Shown here: in pieces, positions 54,406 through 64,000 of the stretch
How positions within the stretch are numbered: position 1 is the stretch's first letter
Layout: every line of letters begins with the position of its first letter
IMG/VR virus record: IMGVR_UViG_3300044729_003129
Coordinates: 64,001-128,000 of that record
Reading direction: 5' to 3' (one strand)
Source: a virus
Length of the DNA: 64,000 nt
The notes under the pieces: model-generated
Seen by the model: only the letters and a program-made list of their open reading frames with translations
Database searches by the model: none
Told to the model about the DNA's origin: nothing
Translations under genes and position numbers: made by a program

Positions 54406-55980
54406 TTATCGTTGTTCTAATTGTTTTTCGAGTGTCTGCACACGACCAGTCAACTCTTTTACTGCTTCAATGAGTACTGCAGTCAATTTTCCATAATCTA
54501 TGCCCTCAACTTCGTCAGTCTCTGTCTTATGCACAAGTTCTGGATAAACCTCATACACTTCTTCTGCTATTAATCCAAGATCAGCCTTTTTAGTTTCTTT
54601 CCAAACATATGAAACTCCGTTTAACGAGTTTACTTTAGCCAGCGAATCTTGTAGTGGGCGTATGTCTTTCTTATAACGAATCGAAGAACGAGATGTAAAT
54701 GAAGCAGCATTTACATCTGCACCAAAGGTCGCATTATTGGTCTCTAAGTTAATGTCTAATGGCCAACGACCATTAAGATCCTGCATCGTTGTAGAATTAT
54801 TGCCAGACGAGCGACGTATAGAAAATATATTGTTGTCTACATATATCATCGAACCACGATGATTTGTGTCTTGAAGATATATTGTTGGAGTTTCGTAGTT
54901 TAAATAGAGCGCATTATTACCTGTAAATGTTGAAGCCTTCAGCGGAGCAAAGGCGGTGTCTCCCGCGTCACGTATTTCTAATCCTGATCCACCACGAACA
55001 TGTTTTAATAGAGTTGCAGTTGAACCAACTGCATGTAATGCTAGCAATGTATTTCCAGATGTGCTGCGTGTTTCAAGTCCAGCGGTAGCCCACCCAACTT
55101 GTCCGTTTGTTACTGAACGACACGGCCCATATGTTTCAAGTGTTTTTGTGTCACCAAAAAACTTTGCAGAAACTTCATGCTTGCCATTGAATATTGTAGT
55201 GTTTAAAAAGTTTGTAACTGTGCTATCACTATTTTCATAGTTAAGCGCAATTTCTGCATTATTTGCAAAAGTCGTATTAATTTGATTTCCAATAATTTCT
55301 ATGGCTCCAATTATTTGACGCGATGATGTCACAGTATTGTCTGGCGCTACTGACAGCCCTCGAATATTTATTGCTCCATTTCCAGCATTAAGTATGCTTA
55401 ATGCTCCATCTACCCCAGGGCTGCGTATAATGCGGGCGTCATAATCGATGATTGGTGACGATGAATGAAAATCAATAATAGATTCGCTGTTGGACGTAAT
55501 TCCTGTGCCTAATTCAATTGCTTGATGAAAAATACCTATTGAACCAGTACCACTCCAGTTAGGTGCTCTAGCTGTTAATTTTGCTGGGGTAATTTCACCA
55601 TCTTTTATTTTTATAGCAACTACAGCGTCTGTTGCAAGTTTAGATTCAGTAATTGCACCAGCATTAATGCTTATTGGTATATTAATATTTTCGGTGCCAT
55701 CAAAAAGAGGAATTGGAGAAGATGTAGTAACTTCTCCAGTGACATTTATGGCACGAGCAAAACGTAAGCGATCCGCCACTGCAGATCCAAAAAGAGTCTT
55801 ATCAAGAATAATACTACGCGTAGAGTTGGTGGGGTCAGTAAATTTTAATCTATTGATGTCCAAAAATTCCCCCTGTAGGAGTGATGCAGATCCAAGATCT
55901 AAACTATCACGTATATGCCCCTTTTCAACTTCTGTGGGAGCATTTAGTAAATATGGACCTAAATTAATTGGTGTTGACAT
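54406..55980 (-). CDS. tail fibre with C-terminal intramolecular chaperone (peptidase S74)
   Basis: SSIRYKKDI, GLIAEEV..VYPELV, IDYGKLTAVLIEAVKEL; DYDARIIR. Confidence 0.88.
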   Translation of the reverse strand: MSTPINLGPYLLNAPTEVEKGHIRDSLDLGSASLLQGEFLDINRLKFTDPTNSTRSIILDKTLFGSAVADRLRFARAINVTGEVTTSSPIPLFDGTENINIPISINAGAITESKLATDAVVAIKIKDGEITPAKLTARAPNWSGTGSIGIFHQAIELGTGITSNSESIIDFHSSSPIIDYDARIIRSPGVDGALSILNAGNGAINIRGLSVAPDNTVTSSRQIIGAIEIIGNQINTTFANNAEIALNYENSDSTVTNFLNTTIFNGKHEVSAKFFGDTKTLETYGPCRSVTNGQVGWATAGLETRSTSGNTLLALHAVGSTATLLKHVRGGSGLEIRDAGDTAFAPLKASTFTGNNALYLNYETPTIYLQDTNHRGSMIYVDNNIFSIRRSSGNNSTTMQDLNGRWPLDINLETNNATFGADVNAASFTSRSSIRYKKDIRPLQDSLAKVNSLNGVSYVWKETKKADLGLIAEEVYEVYPELVHKTETDEVEGIDYGKLTAVLIEAVKELTGRVQTLEKQLEQR

Positions 55981-55999
55981 ATAAGCTTATTTATAAAAT

Positions 56000-56239
56000 T
56001 TAATTAGACTCTGGTGTCTGTAATACAACCTCATCACTTATATGATATACAAGATTGTTGTCTACTATATATTCTTCGCACTCTTCTTTTGTGCCGACAA
56101 ATAGATTTACTGATGTAGATGTCGTCGTCGTCGACTCAAAAAATTCAATTACAACTTTGTCGTCGTCGAAGAGCAGATGCCATAATCCGATATGAACTTC
56201 GTCGCTGTATGACCAACCATTATTTTTAGGACGTAACAT
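56000..56239 (-). CDS. small hypothetical protein
   Basis: ORF track. Confidence 0.55.
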   Translation of the reverse strand: MLRPKNNGWSYSDEVHIGLWHLLFDDDKVVIEFFESTTTTSTSVNLFVGTKEECEEYIVDNNLVYHISDEVVLQTPESN

Positions 56240-56240
56240 A

Positions 56241-59200
56241 TTATGAGTTTATTGTTAGTGTTGAATTTGTAGAGTTGTATGTCGCGGTACGCGTGCCAGC
56301 ACCAGTTAGAATAATACTCGTATAGCTTTGTGCTGTCGATCCTGGGAAAAATCTGTATGTACTTCCAACGGTTGGTACAGACGAGAAGGAAACGCTCAAT
56401 GAAGTGTCTCTAAATGTCGCGGTAGCGATTGATTGAGCTACTACTAGCGCACCGTCCTGTATGTCTGTGACGCCGCTGTATGTATTAGTGCCAGACAGTG
56501 TAGCGGTGCCGGTTCCAGTTTTCGTTAGTGCTAGATTACCAGTTAAACTGTTACTTGCCGTAAAATTGTTGCTATTGTTAATCGTCAGCGTAGCAAGTGT
56601 GGCACTGCGGTTTGTAATGATGTTTTGAGTTGGATCAGATCCGGTCGCAATCAGACTTGTCGCAGTTTGATTATAACCGTTTAGATCTACTCGACCATAA
56701 GCGGTGCCGGTTCCAGATCCTAATGAGAGTCCAACCGAGGACCAAACGTTTGCGCGATTTGTAATTAAGTAGGCAGTTCCGCCTCCAAGTATATTAAATG
56801 TTGTGGTGCCTACACTTGTGATGTTGCAGTCAAGACGTATATCTCCTCCACTATGATTGAATAGGTTAGAATAAGCAGTTGCTGTAACCAGATTGATGCC
56901 ACCAGTAATGGAAAGAGTAGCACCAGTCGATACGCTGATACGAGTCACTGAATCAGCAATTGTAATAGCACCAGCATAGATGTTGTTACCCATATTGCTT
57001 TGCAATGCACCTCCATAACCATTGTATCCTTGACCTGCAAGTGTTATATTATTTGATACAGTTATGTTGTTTTGCAGAAGCAGAGCACCTCCCCAACCGC
57101 CTTCGGTACTTGCAGCGAGTGTAGATGAAGGTGCTCCGCCTCGCATCATCGTAACAGGACCAGAACCAAGGGCTCCTGAGGCGGTTATGATAACTCGTCC
57201 ATTTATTATAACTGTGCCGCCAGAATAGCTATTCGCGCCATTTGACAGTGTTAAACCTAGGACAGCCGAGTTTGTTTGCTGACCAACAACTAGTTTACAG
57301 GTGTTGCTTGGACTGTTGTTTGACAGCACACCAGATATTGTAAAGTTATTGTTTGCTGGAATGACTACAAGTTCGCTGTTTGACCCATTAGTTATATTAC
57401 CGGACAATGTTACTGTTCCGGTTCCCACATTTAGCAAGCCATTTGCCTTTAGCGCTCCTGCTATTGTGCCACTTCCGCCATTAAATCGCAGTGTGTTAAC
57501 TGATGCATTTGCAGCAAAGGTTGAACTGTTTGTTGTGATGCTATAATTAGACGTGCCTGTTGTATCAACTACTCCTGAACCGTTTGTTATGGTTGTGCCA
57601 TCAAGTCCGTAAACATTATGGACAGTATTGACAGCAGCATATCGGGTTGAAGTTCCAACGCCATAGAGTGCCCATGGACCTAATATTCCATTATTACTAA
57701 GCGTTGTAGGATAGTCTAACCCAGACAATGTAGATGAAATGGTTCCTCTTAAATTTAAAATAGCAGAATCATTTCGTGTAAACGTTCCGCTGGTGCCGAG
57801 GGGATCGATTAGCGCGATGCCAAGTATCAATCGATTCGCCTGATCACCATTAATTATTTGCAGGTGATTGATAGTAATATTTGAATTTATTGTTCCGTCA
57901 CCACTTAATATCGACACTACATTCATAGTGATTGGAGCGGTTAGCGGAGTAGTTGAAGTATAGACTAGTTTTGATAAGTATGTCCCGCCTACTAGTCCTC
58001 CCATTATAATCCCACTTGTAGAATTTATAGAGGCGCTAGGACGCAATTGCAGTGTGCCATTAGTTATTGTCGTAGATCCAGTATAACTATTTGTGTTTGA
58101 CAACCACCAAGTTCCAGCATTAGTTTTAGACAACGATGTACGTTTACCGCTTGCAGCATCCTCATCTCCAATAATACCAGAAAATTCACCGATTCCAGTT
58201 CCTCTAAGTGATAAATCACGAGTGGTGCTGTTTAGACTGTTTGCAAAACCCAAATTTGATGTGAAATTTAATATGGTTCCGGCTGTTCCATTTGCATTGA
58301 TTGCCGCCCCACCACCAGACCGCCCATATAAACATATTTGACGATCGGTGCTGGCTTCTCCTCCAGTATATGTCAGTGTTCCAATTGAGCTTCCTGTAGG
58401 ATTGCCAAGTCCTATAATTCCATTTGCTGTGATGCTTGCTGTGCCTAGTGAACTCGCGCCGTTGCCAGAACCAACATTATTGATAGAAGAGATTGTTAGA
58501 GATCCTTCTTGAATTTCAGTACGAGCATCATATGTATTAGAGGAGCCAAGCGTGAGGTTGCCAAATCCTCTTTTAACTATTGGTCCTCCGTTGTATACAC
58601 CTGAAAAATTAATATTGCTAGAAGAGAGACTACTAGTAACAATACAACCATTGCTGAGTGTTGCTATATTTCCAGACAGCGTAAAGGTAGACAGCTCCGC
58701 GGCATTTCTAATTGTGACTGGAAAAAGATTTGTTCCTGTTGCAGTAACGGTTCCGGACCACGTGTTGTCTCTTGCAATGCTTTCGAATATTGCGGAGGAT
58801 GGACCACTAGTGTCAATAGTTAACGGTTTATTTGCAACACTAAAACCACCAGAAAGAGACAAAGTTGAAGCGCCAGAAAGTGAAAAACTTGATGATGACG
58901 TGATTGCTGTACTTGATGCAGCAATCAGGCGCCCATTGTTTATGACTGTAGAACCAGAATATGAATTGTTTCCTGAAAGAGTGAATGTTCCAGTTCCAGT
59001 CTTAGTCAAAGAACCTGTTCCAGACAAGTTTCCAGAAAACGTACTCGTCACGCCGTTAGAACCGACAATTATGCTATTGCCTCCAATATTTAGCGGGGCA
59101 CTTCCAGACAAACCTCCAATAGCATACGCGTTGGTTCCACTTACTCCAAACGATAGCGTTCCGGAGTTTAGCGTCAGTGTAGAATTTTGAAGTGAATTTA

Positions 59201-60083
59201 TGTTGTTTAGTGCCAACCCACCAGAATTTAGTGCAAGTGTACCTGTGTATGCAGTAGCGGTTGAAAGTGTAAGCGTTCCAGAGCCAGTTTTATTTAAAAT
59301 CATGCTGCTAGCATCATTTGTTATATTAGACAGCATTATATTTCCTGGACTACAGTTTATAACTTTTTCATAACCGATTGGAAAATCAATTGTAGCTGAA
59401 ATTGTTTGAGTATTGCTTGAATAGTTATGTATGCCATTATATGTTAAAGAAAGCGAGTTTCCAGACAACGTGTATGATCCAGATGTGTTGTTGAAAGTTA
59501 ACCCATTGATATAGGCGATTGATGTATCGTTTGTCATCGCTAATCCCGTCGTTCCGCTAAAGTATAGCGCGTCATATGGCAGCGGCGCAAGAGTATTGCT
59601 CCAGTTGCTAGCATTACTAAACAGACCGTTTAATCCAAGACCTGACCATATTTGTTCAGTCTCGCCATTTACACTATAAGAGACATTAAAATTAAACCCG
59701 TCCAAAGCTGCAACATGGGCATTAACTTTAGACACACGCGTTGTGCGATTTGGTGTACCCATAGACGTGCCGGACAGCGATATATCTATTGTCTTATCTA
59801 AACTAGAAGTTATAAAACCACGATTTCTATCAATGTCTGTTATTATGGTTTCTATATCTGCCGCTGATGATATATTATTGTCCTCAAGACGTATCTTTTG
59901 TAGCAGCGGGTTTCTTCGCAGTGAAGAAACTGAAGTAACTCCGTTATTTGCTCCTGTTACTCCTACAAGGTTTGGAAAATTTGAAATGTCTAGCGTCCCG
60001 CCTAAAGAAGGAGACGAAGATCCAAAATTTATAGACGTAACATAACCAAGTCTGTTATCTGGAGACAGTGAAATTGATGGCAT
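56241..60083 (-). CDS. large adhesin-like protein with autotransporter-associated beta-strand repeats (PATR) and N-terminal LRR
   Basis: LTKTGTGTFTLSGNNSYSGSTVINNGRL and about 5 similar repeats; no signal peptide or beta-barrel. Confidence 0.8.
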   Translation of the reverse strand: MPSISLSPDNRLGYVTSINFGSSSPSLGGTLDISNFPNLVGVTGANNGVTSVSSLRRNPLLQKIRLEDNNISSAADIETIITDIDRNRGFITSSLDKTIDISLSGTSMGTPNRTTRVSKVNAHVAALDGFNFNVSYSVNGETEQIWSGLGLNGLFSNASNWSNTLAPLPYDALYFSGTTGLAMTNDTSIAYINGLTFNNTSGSYTLSGNSLSLTYNGIHNYSSNTQTISATIDFPIGYEKVINCSPGNIMLSNITNDASSMILNKTGSGTLTLSTATAYTGTLALNSGGLALNNINSLQNSTLTLNSGTLSFGVSGTNAYAIGGLSGSAPLNIGGNSIIVGSNGVTSTFSGNLSGTGSLTKTGTGTFTLSGNNSYSGSTVINNGRLIAASSTAITSSSSFSLSGASTLSLSGGFSVANKPLTIDTSGPSSAIFESIARDNTWSGTVTATGTNLFPVTIRNAAELSTFTLSGNIATLSNGCIVTSSLSSSNINFSGVYNGGPIVKRGFGNLTLGSSNTYDARTEIQEGSLTISSINNVGSGNGASSLGTASITANGIIGLGNPTGSSIGTLTYTGGEASTDRQICLYGRSGGGAAINANGTAGTILNFTSNLGFANSLNSTTRDLSLRGTGIGEFSGIIGDEDAASGKRTSLSKTNAGTWWLSNTNSYTGSTTITNGTLQLRPSASINSTSGIIMGGLVGGTYLSKLVYTSTTPLTAPITMNVVSILSGDGTINSNITINHLQIINGDQANRLILGIALIDPLGTSGTFTRNDSAILNLRGTISSTLSGLDYPTTLSNNGILGPWALYGVGTSTRYAAVNTVHNVYGLDGTTITNGSGVVDTTGTSNYSITTNSSTFAANASVNTLRFNGGSGTIAGALKANGLLNVGTGTVTLSGNITNGSNSELVVIPANNNFTISGVLSNNSPSNTCKLVVGQQTNSAVLGLTLSNGANSYSGGTVIINGRVIITASGALGSGPVTMMRGGAPSSTLAASTEGGWGGALLLQNNITVSNNITLAGQGYNGYGGALQSNMGNNIYAGAITIADSVTRISVSTGATLSITGGINLVTATAYSNLFNHSGGDIRLDCNITSVGTTTFNILGGGTAYLITNRANVWSSVGLSLGSGTGTAYGRVDLNGYNQTATSLIATGSDPTQNIITNRSATLATLTINNSNNFTASNSLTGNLALTKTGTGTATLSGTNTYSGVTDIQDGALVVAQSIATATFRDTSLSVSFSSVPTVGSTYRFFPGSTAQSYTSIILTGAGTRTATYNSTNSTLTINS

Positions 60084-60095
60084 AATGTATATTTA

Positions 60096-61001
60096 TTAAG
60101 CAATGTATGTATGAGATTTAACTTGACCTGAACTTATAGTTTCACTGCTGCCGTCACCCCAATCTACAGTGATGTTGTCTATTGTGGTGTCTGCCGAAAA
60201 ACTGCTATAGGTGAGTCCGTTACCTTCATTATACAGGTCAACAATTTCAATTTCAGTTAGTGGGCGCAGCCACAATCCCGTAGAGTCGACTGATCCAGTA
60301 TATCCAAATTCACCACCATTATCAATTGATCCAAGTTTGAAAGTTGCAGAACCGTCTAGGGGGATGTTTGCCGGCACTCCAGTAGAGGTACTGCGTAAAA
60401 CTCCATTGATATACAGTCGTGCAGACGCTGTTACTGGATCATAGACGCCAACAACATGATTCCAACCTCCAGTATTTGGAAATTGAGTGAGCCAATAGTT
60501 TGGGTCGTTGCCTAAAACAAATATAATATCATTTCCCGTACCGCTGCCGCCGGCAGCATTAACAAATGGTGCTGTACTGATGCCTATCAAAAATCCTTTA
60601 CCGGTTTGCCATTGCGAAACTGCAGGTCCTATGTTTGCTGGTGATCCATTTAACCACGTTGACACTGTAAAGCCATTAGGCGCTAAACTATAGGTAAAAT
60701 TATTCGTTAACCATCCGCCGGCGCCGGTGAAGAGTACTGCGGTGCCGAGTTGGATCGGCAATGCACCCGAGCCGAAAAACGCAATATTGCGATTGGCGTG
60801 AGAGTCACTACCTGCGGCCGCGGAATCTAGTTCCCAGAAACCAGTTAGACCCGTCAACAGACTATTTTTATTGCCAAACTTCAAAGAGAAGTTGTTTAAA
60901 ACTGTAGTTGTACTATAGCTAAATGACCAGATTCTATTAATTTTTTGAATGACTTGCAAAACTTGAGCAAGTGTCGCACGCTTAAAGTCTTGAATATTCA
61001 T
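60096..61001 (-). CDS. LamG/concanavalin-A-like domain protein
   Basis: FTVSTW, WNHVVGVYD...LYING, GSVD...W.R.LT..EI..LYN; C-terminal VDWGDG...HTY. Confidence 0.8.
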   Translation of the reverse strand: MNIQDFKRATLAQVLQVIQKINRIWSFSYSTTTVLNNFSLKFGNKNSLLTGLTGFWELDSAAAGSDSHANRNIAFFGSGALPIQLGTAVLFTGAGGWLTNNFTYSLAPNGFTVSTWLNGSPANIGPAVSQWQTGKGFLIGISTAPFVNAAGGSGTGNDIIFVLGNDPNYWLTQFPNTGGWNHVVGVYDPVTASARLYINGVLRSTSTGVPANIPLDGSATFKLGSIDNGGEFGYTGSVDSTGLWLRPLTEIEIVDLYNEGNGLTYSSFSADTTIDNITVDWGDGSSETISSGQVKSHTYIA

Positions 61002-61003
61002 AA

Positions 61004-62872
61004 TTAATTTAACACGCCAATTGCAATAAATTTATTAGCTATATCTGATTTATAGATATAAACTGATGACCATTTAACTGTATTATTAAATGTAATGTTG
61101 TCGTTAACTGTGTTTCCAGATCCGCTCGCGATGTTAACTGTAAGTATAGCTCCTCCAACATTTACGATACCCACGCTCCATCCAGAGTTTGCCGAAGCAT
61201 ATGTTGGGAGTGTTAAGGTATTTGCTCCTGTGACATGAAATATTTTACCATCATCAGCGTTTGTAAAAGTTTTACCACTTCCAGTTATGCTTGAATCAAA
61301 TGTAGTATTTGTGCCAGAAGTAACACGACCGTATGCATCGACAGTTACATTTTCATATGTGCCGGCTGACACTCCAGTCGTAGCAAGATCAATTGAATCT
61401 GCATTCGCAACTATGCGGCCACTTGTACCTCCAACGTTCAAGATTAATCCATCAGCAGACAAACCAGCACCGGCTACAGGCGTGCCTGCTCCAGAAAATT
61501 GAATAAAGTTTACAGGTGAAACCCCAACTGATGCTACAGCTTCACCGAGCACCCAACCAGTATTTGCGTATGTTGAACCATGAGTAACAAATACGAAATC
61601 TCCGCCAGCCATTTCAACCGGAGTATCAAAATCAGTAGCACGATCTAAACGTGTCGTCGATGCGATAACATAGATACCGTTGCGTAGCGCCTGACTTTGA
61701 CCATTTACTATAATACGCGCGCCAGCCCCAAGATCAAGATCACCTTCGAGTCCAGTAGTAAAATTAATTGGGTTGCTGAGTGTTAAGTATGCTCCAACAC
61801 CATCAGTTCCATTATTATACTCAACACTGCCGCCTGTAATAGTTTCAAGCGATGTGTTTAGTATAACATGCACTGAGGCATGAACATGCAGTCCTTCAGC
61901 AAGTGTGTCGACGTAACCTTTAGTCGCGAGTATCTGATTGTTCGCATAGACATTTCCACCAGCATAGATGTCTCCACTTACGCCAACTCCACCAGTCACT
62001 ACAAGTGAACCAGTCGTCGATGAAGATGAAGCGATGCTATCAGTTAGCAACACTCCTGCAGTCCCCTTTGTTGCGCTTGATGTCGAACGCAGTGTCAGTG
62101 TACCACTCGCTGCGGTTGATCCGTTGATCGTGCCTATAGTTGGTGTTGTTAATGACGGACTAGACGCAAACACCAAAGAACCGCTGCCAGTTTCGTCACT
62201 TATAACTCCAGCAAGTTGCGCAGAAGTTGTAGATGCAAATTGACTAAGATCATCAGTAGTTGCAAGTGTGCCTGAACGATCTGGTAGTGTCCAATTGCGA
62301 TCAGCAGCTATATTTGCGGTTTGCAATCGACCTTTAAATGTGTTATAGAACCACACAAATGCACCACGAATTCTTTCAATTGCAGATGAATTGTTTGTAG
62401 CACTATTTCCAAATTCTGCATGATATGTGGAACTATTGCTGCTTATAACTGCAGCTGTAGAACTACCGCTGCTTATAATTGCGCCAATACCAGAAGTACT
62501 GTTTATATTTGCACCTATGCCACTCACTGCAGATGCATTTATTGCGGTTTGAGTGTTTAGAGCAGACACCCGAGCAGTAGTAGACGCGCTAGAAGAAATA
62601 TCTAATGCATACAGGTCTGGATCAGATACATTACTAATGACTCCATTAAAAACACCAGAGCCATCACCATTTCTCTTTACTACAGAATTTTGACTGCCTT
62701 CGTCGTCAAGATACGGAGTCTCATGTACAACAATTCCTCCGTCAAGTTCTTTGTAATACAATTTTTTATCAGCATAATTAAGTGCTAATTCGCCAAAATC
62801 CAAGAAATCTTCTAGTGGAACTGCACCAGGAACTGGACTATTTTTTAAAATTATTTTTTTATAATCTGACAT
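61004..62872 (-). CDS. tail fibre protein
   Basis: IILKNS.VPGAVP....FGELALNYADKKLYYK N-terminus; SDETGSGSLVFA, ATKGYVD, VTVDAYGRVT motifs. Confidence 0.8.
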   Translation of the reverse strand: MSDYKKIILKNSPVPGAVPLEDFLDFGELALNYADKKLYYKELDGGIVVHETPYLDDEGSQNSVVKRNGDGSGVFNGVISNVSDPDLYALDISSSASTTARVSALNTQTAINASAVSGIGANINSTSGIGAIISSGSSTAAVISSNSSTYHAEFGNSATNNSSAIERIRGAFVWFYNTFKGRLQTANIAADRNWTLPDRSGTLATTDDLSQFASTTSAQLAGVISDETGSGSLVFASSPSLTTPTIGTINGSTAASGTLTLRSTSSATKGTAGVLLTDSIASSSSTTGSLVVTGGVGVSGDIYAGGNVYANNQILATKGYVDTLAEGLHVHASVHVILNTSLETITGGSVEYNNGTDGVGAYLTLSNPINFTTGLEGDLDLGAGARIIVNGQSQALRNGIYVIASTTRLDRATDFDTPVEMAGGDFVFVTHGSTYANTGWVLGEAVASVGVSPVNFIQFSGAGTPVAGAGLSADGLILNVGGTSGRIVANADSIDLATTGVSAGTYENVTVDAYGRVTSGTNTTFDSSITGSGKTFTNADDGKIFHVTGANTLTLPTYASANSGWSVGIVNVGGAILTVNIASGSGNTVNDNITFNNTVKWSSVYIYKSDIANKFIAIGVLN

Positions 62873-62873
62873 A

Positions 62874-64000
62874 TTATTTAATGCGTGTAAAGTCTGTTCT
62901 CAATGCGTTATTTGGTAAATTTGGATCAATCATATAGGCATTATATCCAGAAAAATATAGTGAACCATCATCTAATAACAAGACTGTATAGTCTTCAGAG
63001 TCATAAGGTGATACACATTGTATATCAACTATTTTTTCTACAATTTCTGAACTTAAATTAAGACGGGTCCAACTATTTAATTGAAGTGCACTTCCATTTC
63101 CAGCTTGATAATGGCCATTTTTTCCGACAGCAAACAAGTAATATTTATTGTCAGACGCTCTGTATGCTTTTGCAAAATTTACGTTGTCTGAATAATAACC
63201 ATTTCCACACCAAAAGTCTTCGAGGCTATATCCAGACGGAAGTGGTCCAGACAGTCTCCATTGAGTACTTTCACCAGTTATACCAAATTTATTTCCAGTA
63301 TTTGTGCCTGAACACCAAATTTCATTAACTAATGTTGGGGCAGAAGCAAATCCAAGCGCTCGAACTAAACCTCTATTAGTATTGTATGTTGGTGCTCCTC
63401 CAATTACAATATTTCCATTTGCACTTAGTGCTGCGGTTGATCCAAATTTTTCAGTTGCATTGGTTCCAGCAATATTACCTGTTAATAGCTGCCAATTGCT
63501 TCCAACTAGTCGATATATTCTAATATATCCATTATCTGTTTTGCCAAGAGTATCGGTGTTTGGTGCACCTATAGCAAGAGTTTGGCCGTCGCGCGATAGC
63601 ACGACAGCACTTCCACTTGCGCCTTCTGCTGTAAGTCCAGTAATATCACTCCCCAATTGTTCCCAAACTGTAGTAGTTGAATTATACTGAAAGACTCGAG
63701 TTTGACCGCTATTTGATCCGTTGGCATCATTTCCAGGTGCACCTACTGCAAGTCGTGTTCCAGACCCACTAAGTGATATAATTGTACTATTATCTGAAGC
63801 AAGTTTTCCAGCAATGTCTCCTCCAAGTTGTGTCCACTCATTAAATCTTAATTGATAAATTTTAACTATTCCAGCTCCACCGGTCCCATTTGAAGAAACT
63901 GCAATTATAGTGCCATCGGTATTAATTGCAACCGATGAACCAAAATTTTGATTAACTGATATTCCATCTATAACTGATCCAATTTGAGAGATAGTTGTGC
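62874..64000 (-). CDS. beta-propeller (FG-GAP-like/RCC1-like) virion protein, partial at right edge
   Basis: frame stays open upstream of 63656; repeats W.QLG.DI.G...LS..G..LA.GAP. Confidence 0.75.
   Translation of the reverse strand, partial: TTISQIGSVIDGISVNQNFGSSVAINTDGTIIAVSSNGTGGAGIVKIYQLRFNEWTQLGGDIAGKLASDNSTIISLSGSGTRLAVGAPGNDANGSNSGQTRVFQYNSTTTVWEQLGSDITGLTAEGASGSAVVLSRDGQTLAIGAPNTDTLGKTDNGYIRIYRLVGSNWQLLTGNIAGTNATEKFGSTAALSANGNIVIGGAPTYNTNRGLVRALGFASAPTLVNEIWCSGTNTGNKFGITGESTQWRLSGPLPSGYSLEDFWCGNGYYSDNVNFAKAYRASDNKYYLFAVGKNGHYQAGNGSALQLNSWTRLNLSSEIVEKIVDIQCVSPYDSEDYTVLLLDDGSLYFSGYNAYMIDPNLPNNALRTDFTRIK

Noticed and set aside
42-63690. Numerous plus-strand and nested alternate-frame ORFs in the track
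   Set aside because: They overlap well-supported minus-strand genes and read as antisense shadows; only 49308-49490 was kept
1-64000. tRNA/rRNA genes, integrase, alternative genetic code
   Set aside because: No cloverleaf or rRNA-like segment seen in the short intergenic gaps, no integrase, and core genes are full length under the standard code

Overview
This 64-kb window is part of a lytic T4-like myovirus genome, and almost every gene is on the minus strand. From right to left it holds: (i) tail-fibre/adhesin genes (beta-propeller, LamG, autotransporter-type beta-strand repeats, an S74-chaperoned fibre, and a BspA-like LRR protein with a mosaic 72-bp repeat array); (ii) a UDP-galactopyranose mutase with two putative glycosyltransferases, next to a holin-like gene; (iii) the T4 core structural module (gp13-gp23, gp3); (iv) uvsY-uvsW-gp55-gp47-gp46; (v) a vWA/metallopeptidase plus MoxR/CobS ATPase pair; (vi) gp45-gp44-gp62-regA-hsp20-gp43; (vii) a MazG-like gene, an AEP-like primase gene and about 9 kb of small early ORFs. 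Three free-standing homing endonucleases are present. The top finding is that uvsW is fractured by an HNH endonuclease gene. Each half carries an extra peptide resembling the inner part of a split intein (block-B lobe on one half, first IntC strand on the other), but all splicing residues are gone. This suggests a non-splicing, intein-derived clasp that reassembles the helicase non-covalently. Other notable items: a perfect H-type pseudoknot ahead of a small HTH gene, a ROSE-like thermometer on hsp20, hairpins overlapped by late promoters at regA and the HNH, widespread leaderless/SD-less initiation, and cassette-like domains inserted in the gp22 scaffold. All family calls come from motif recognition by eye; no searches were run.
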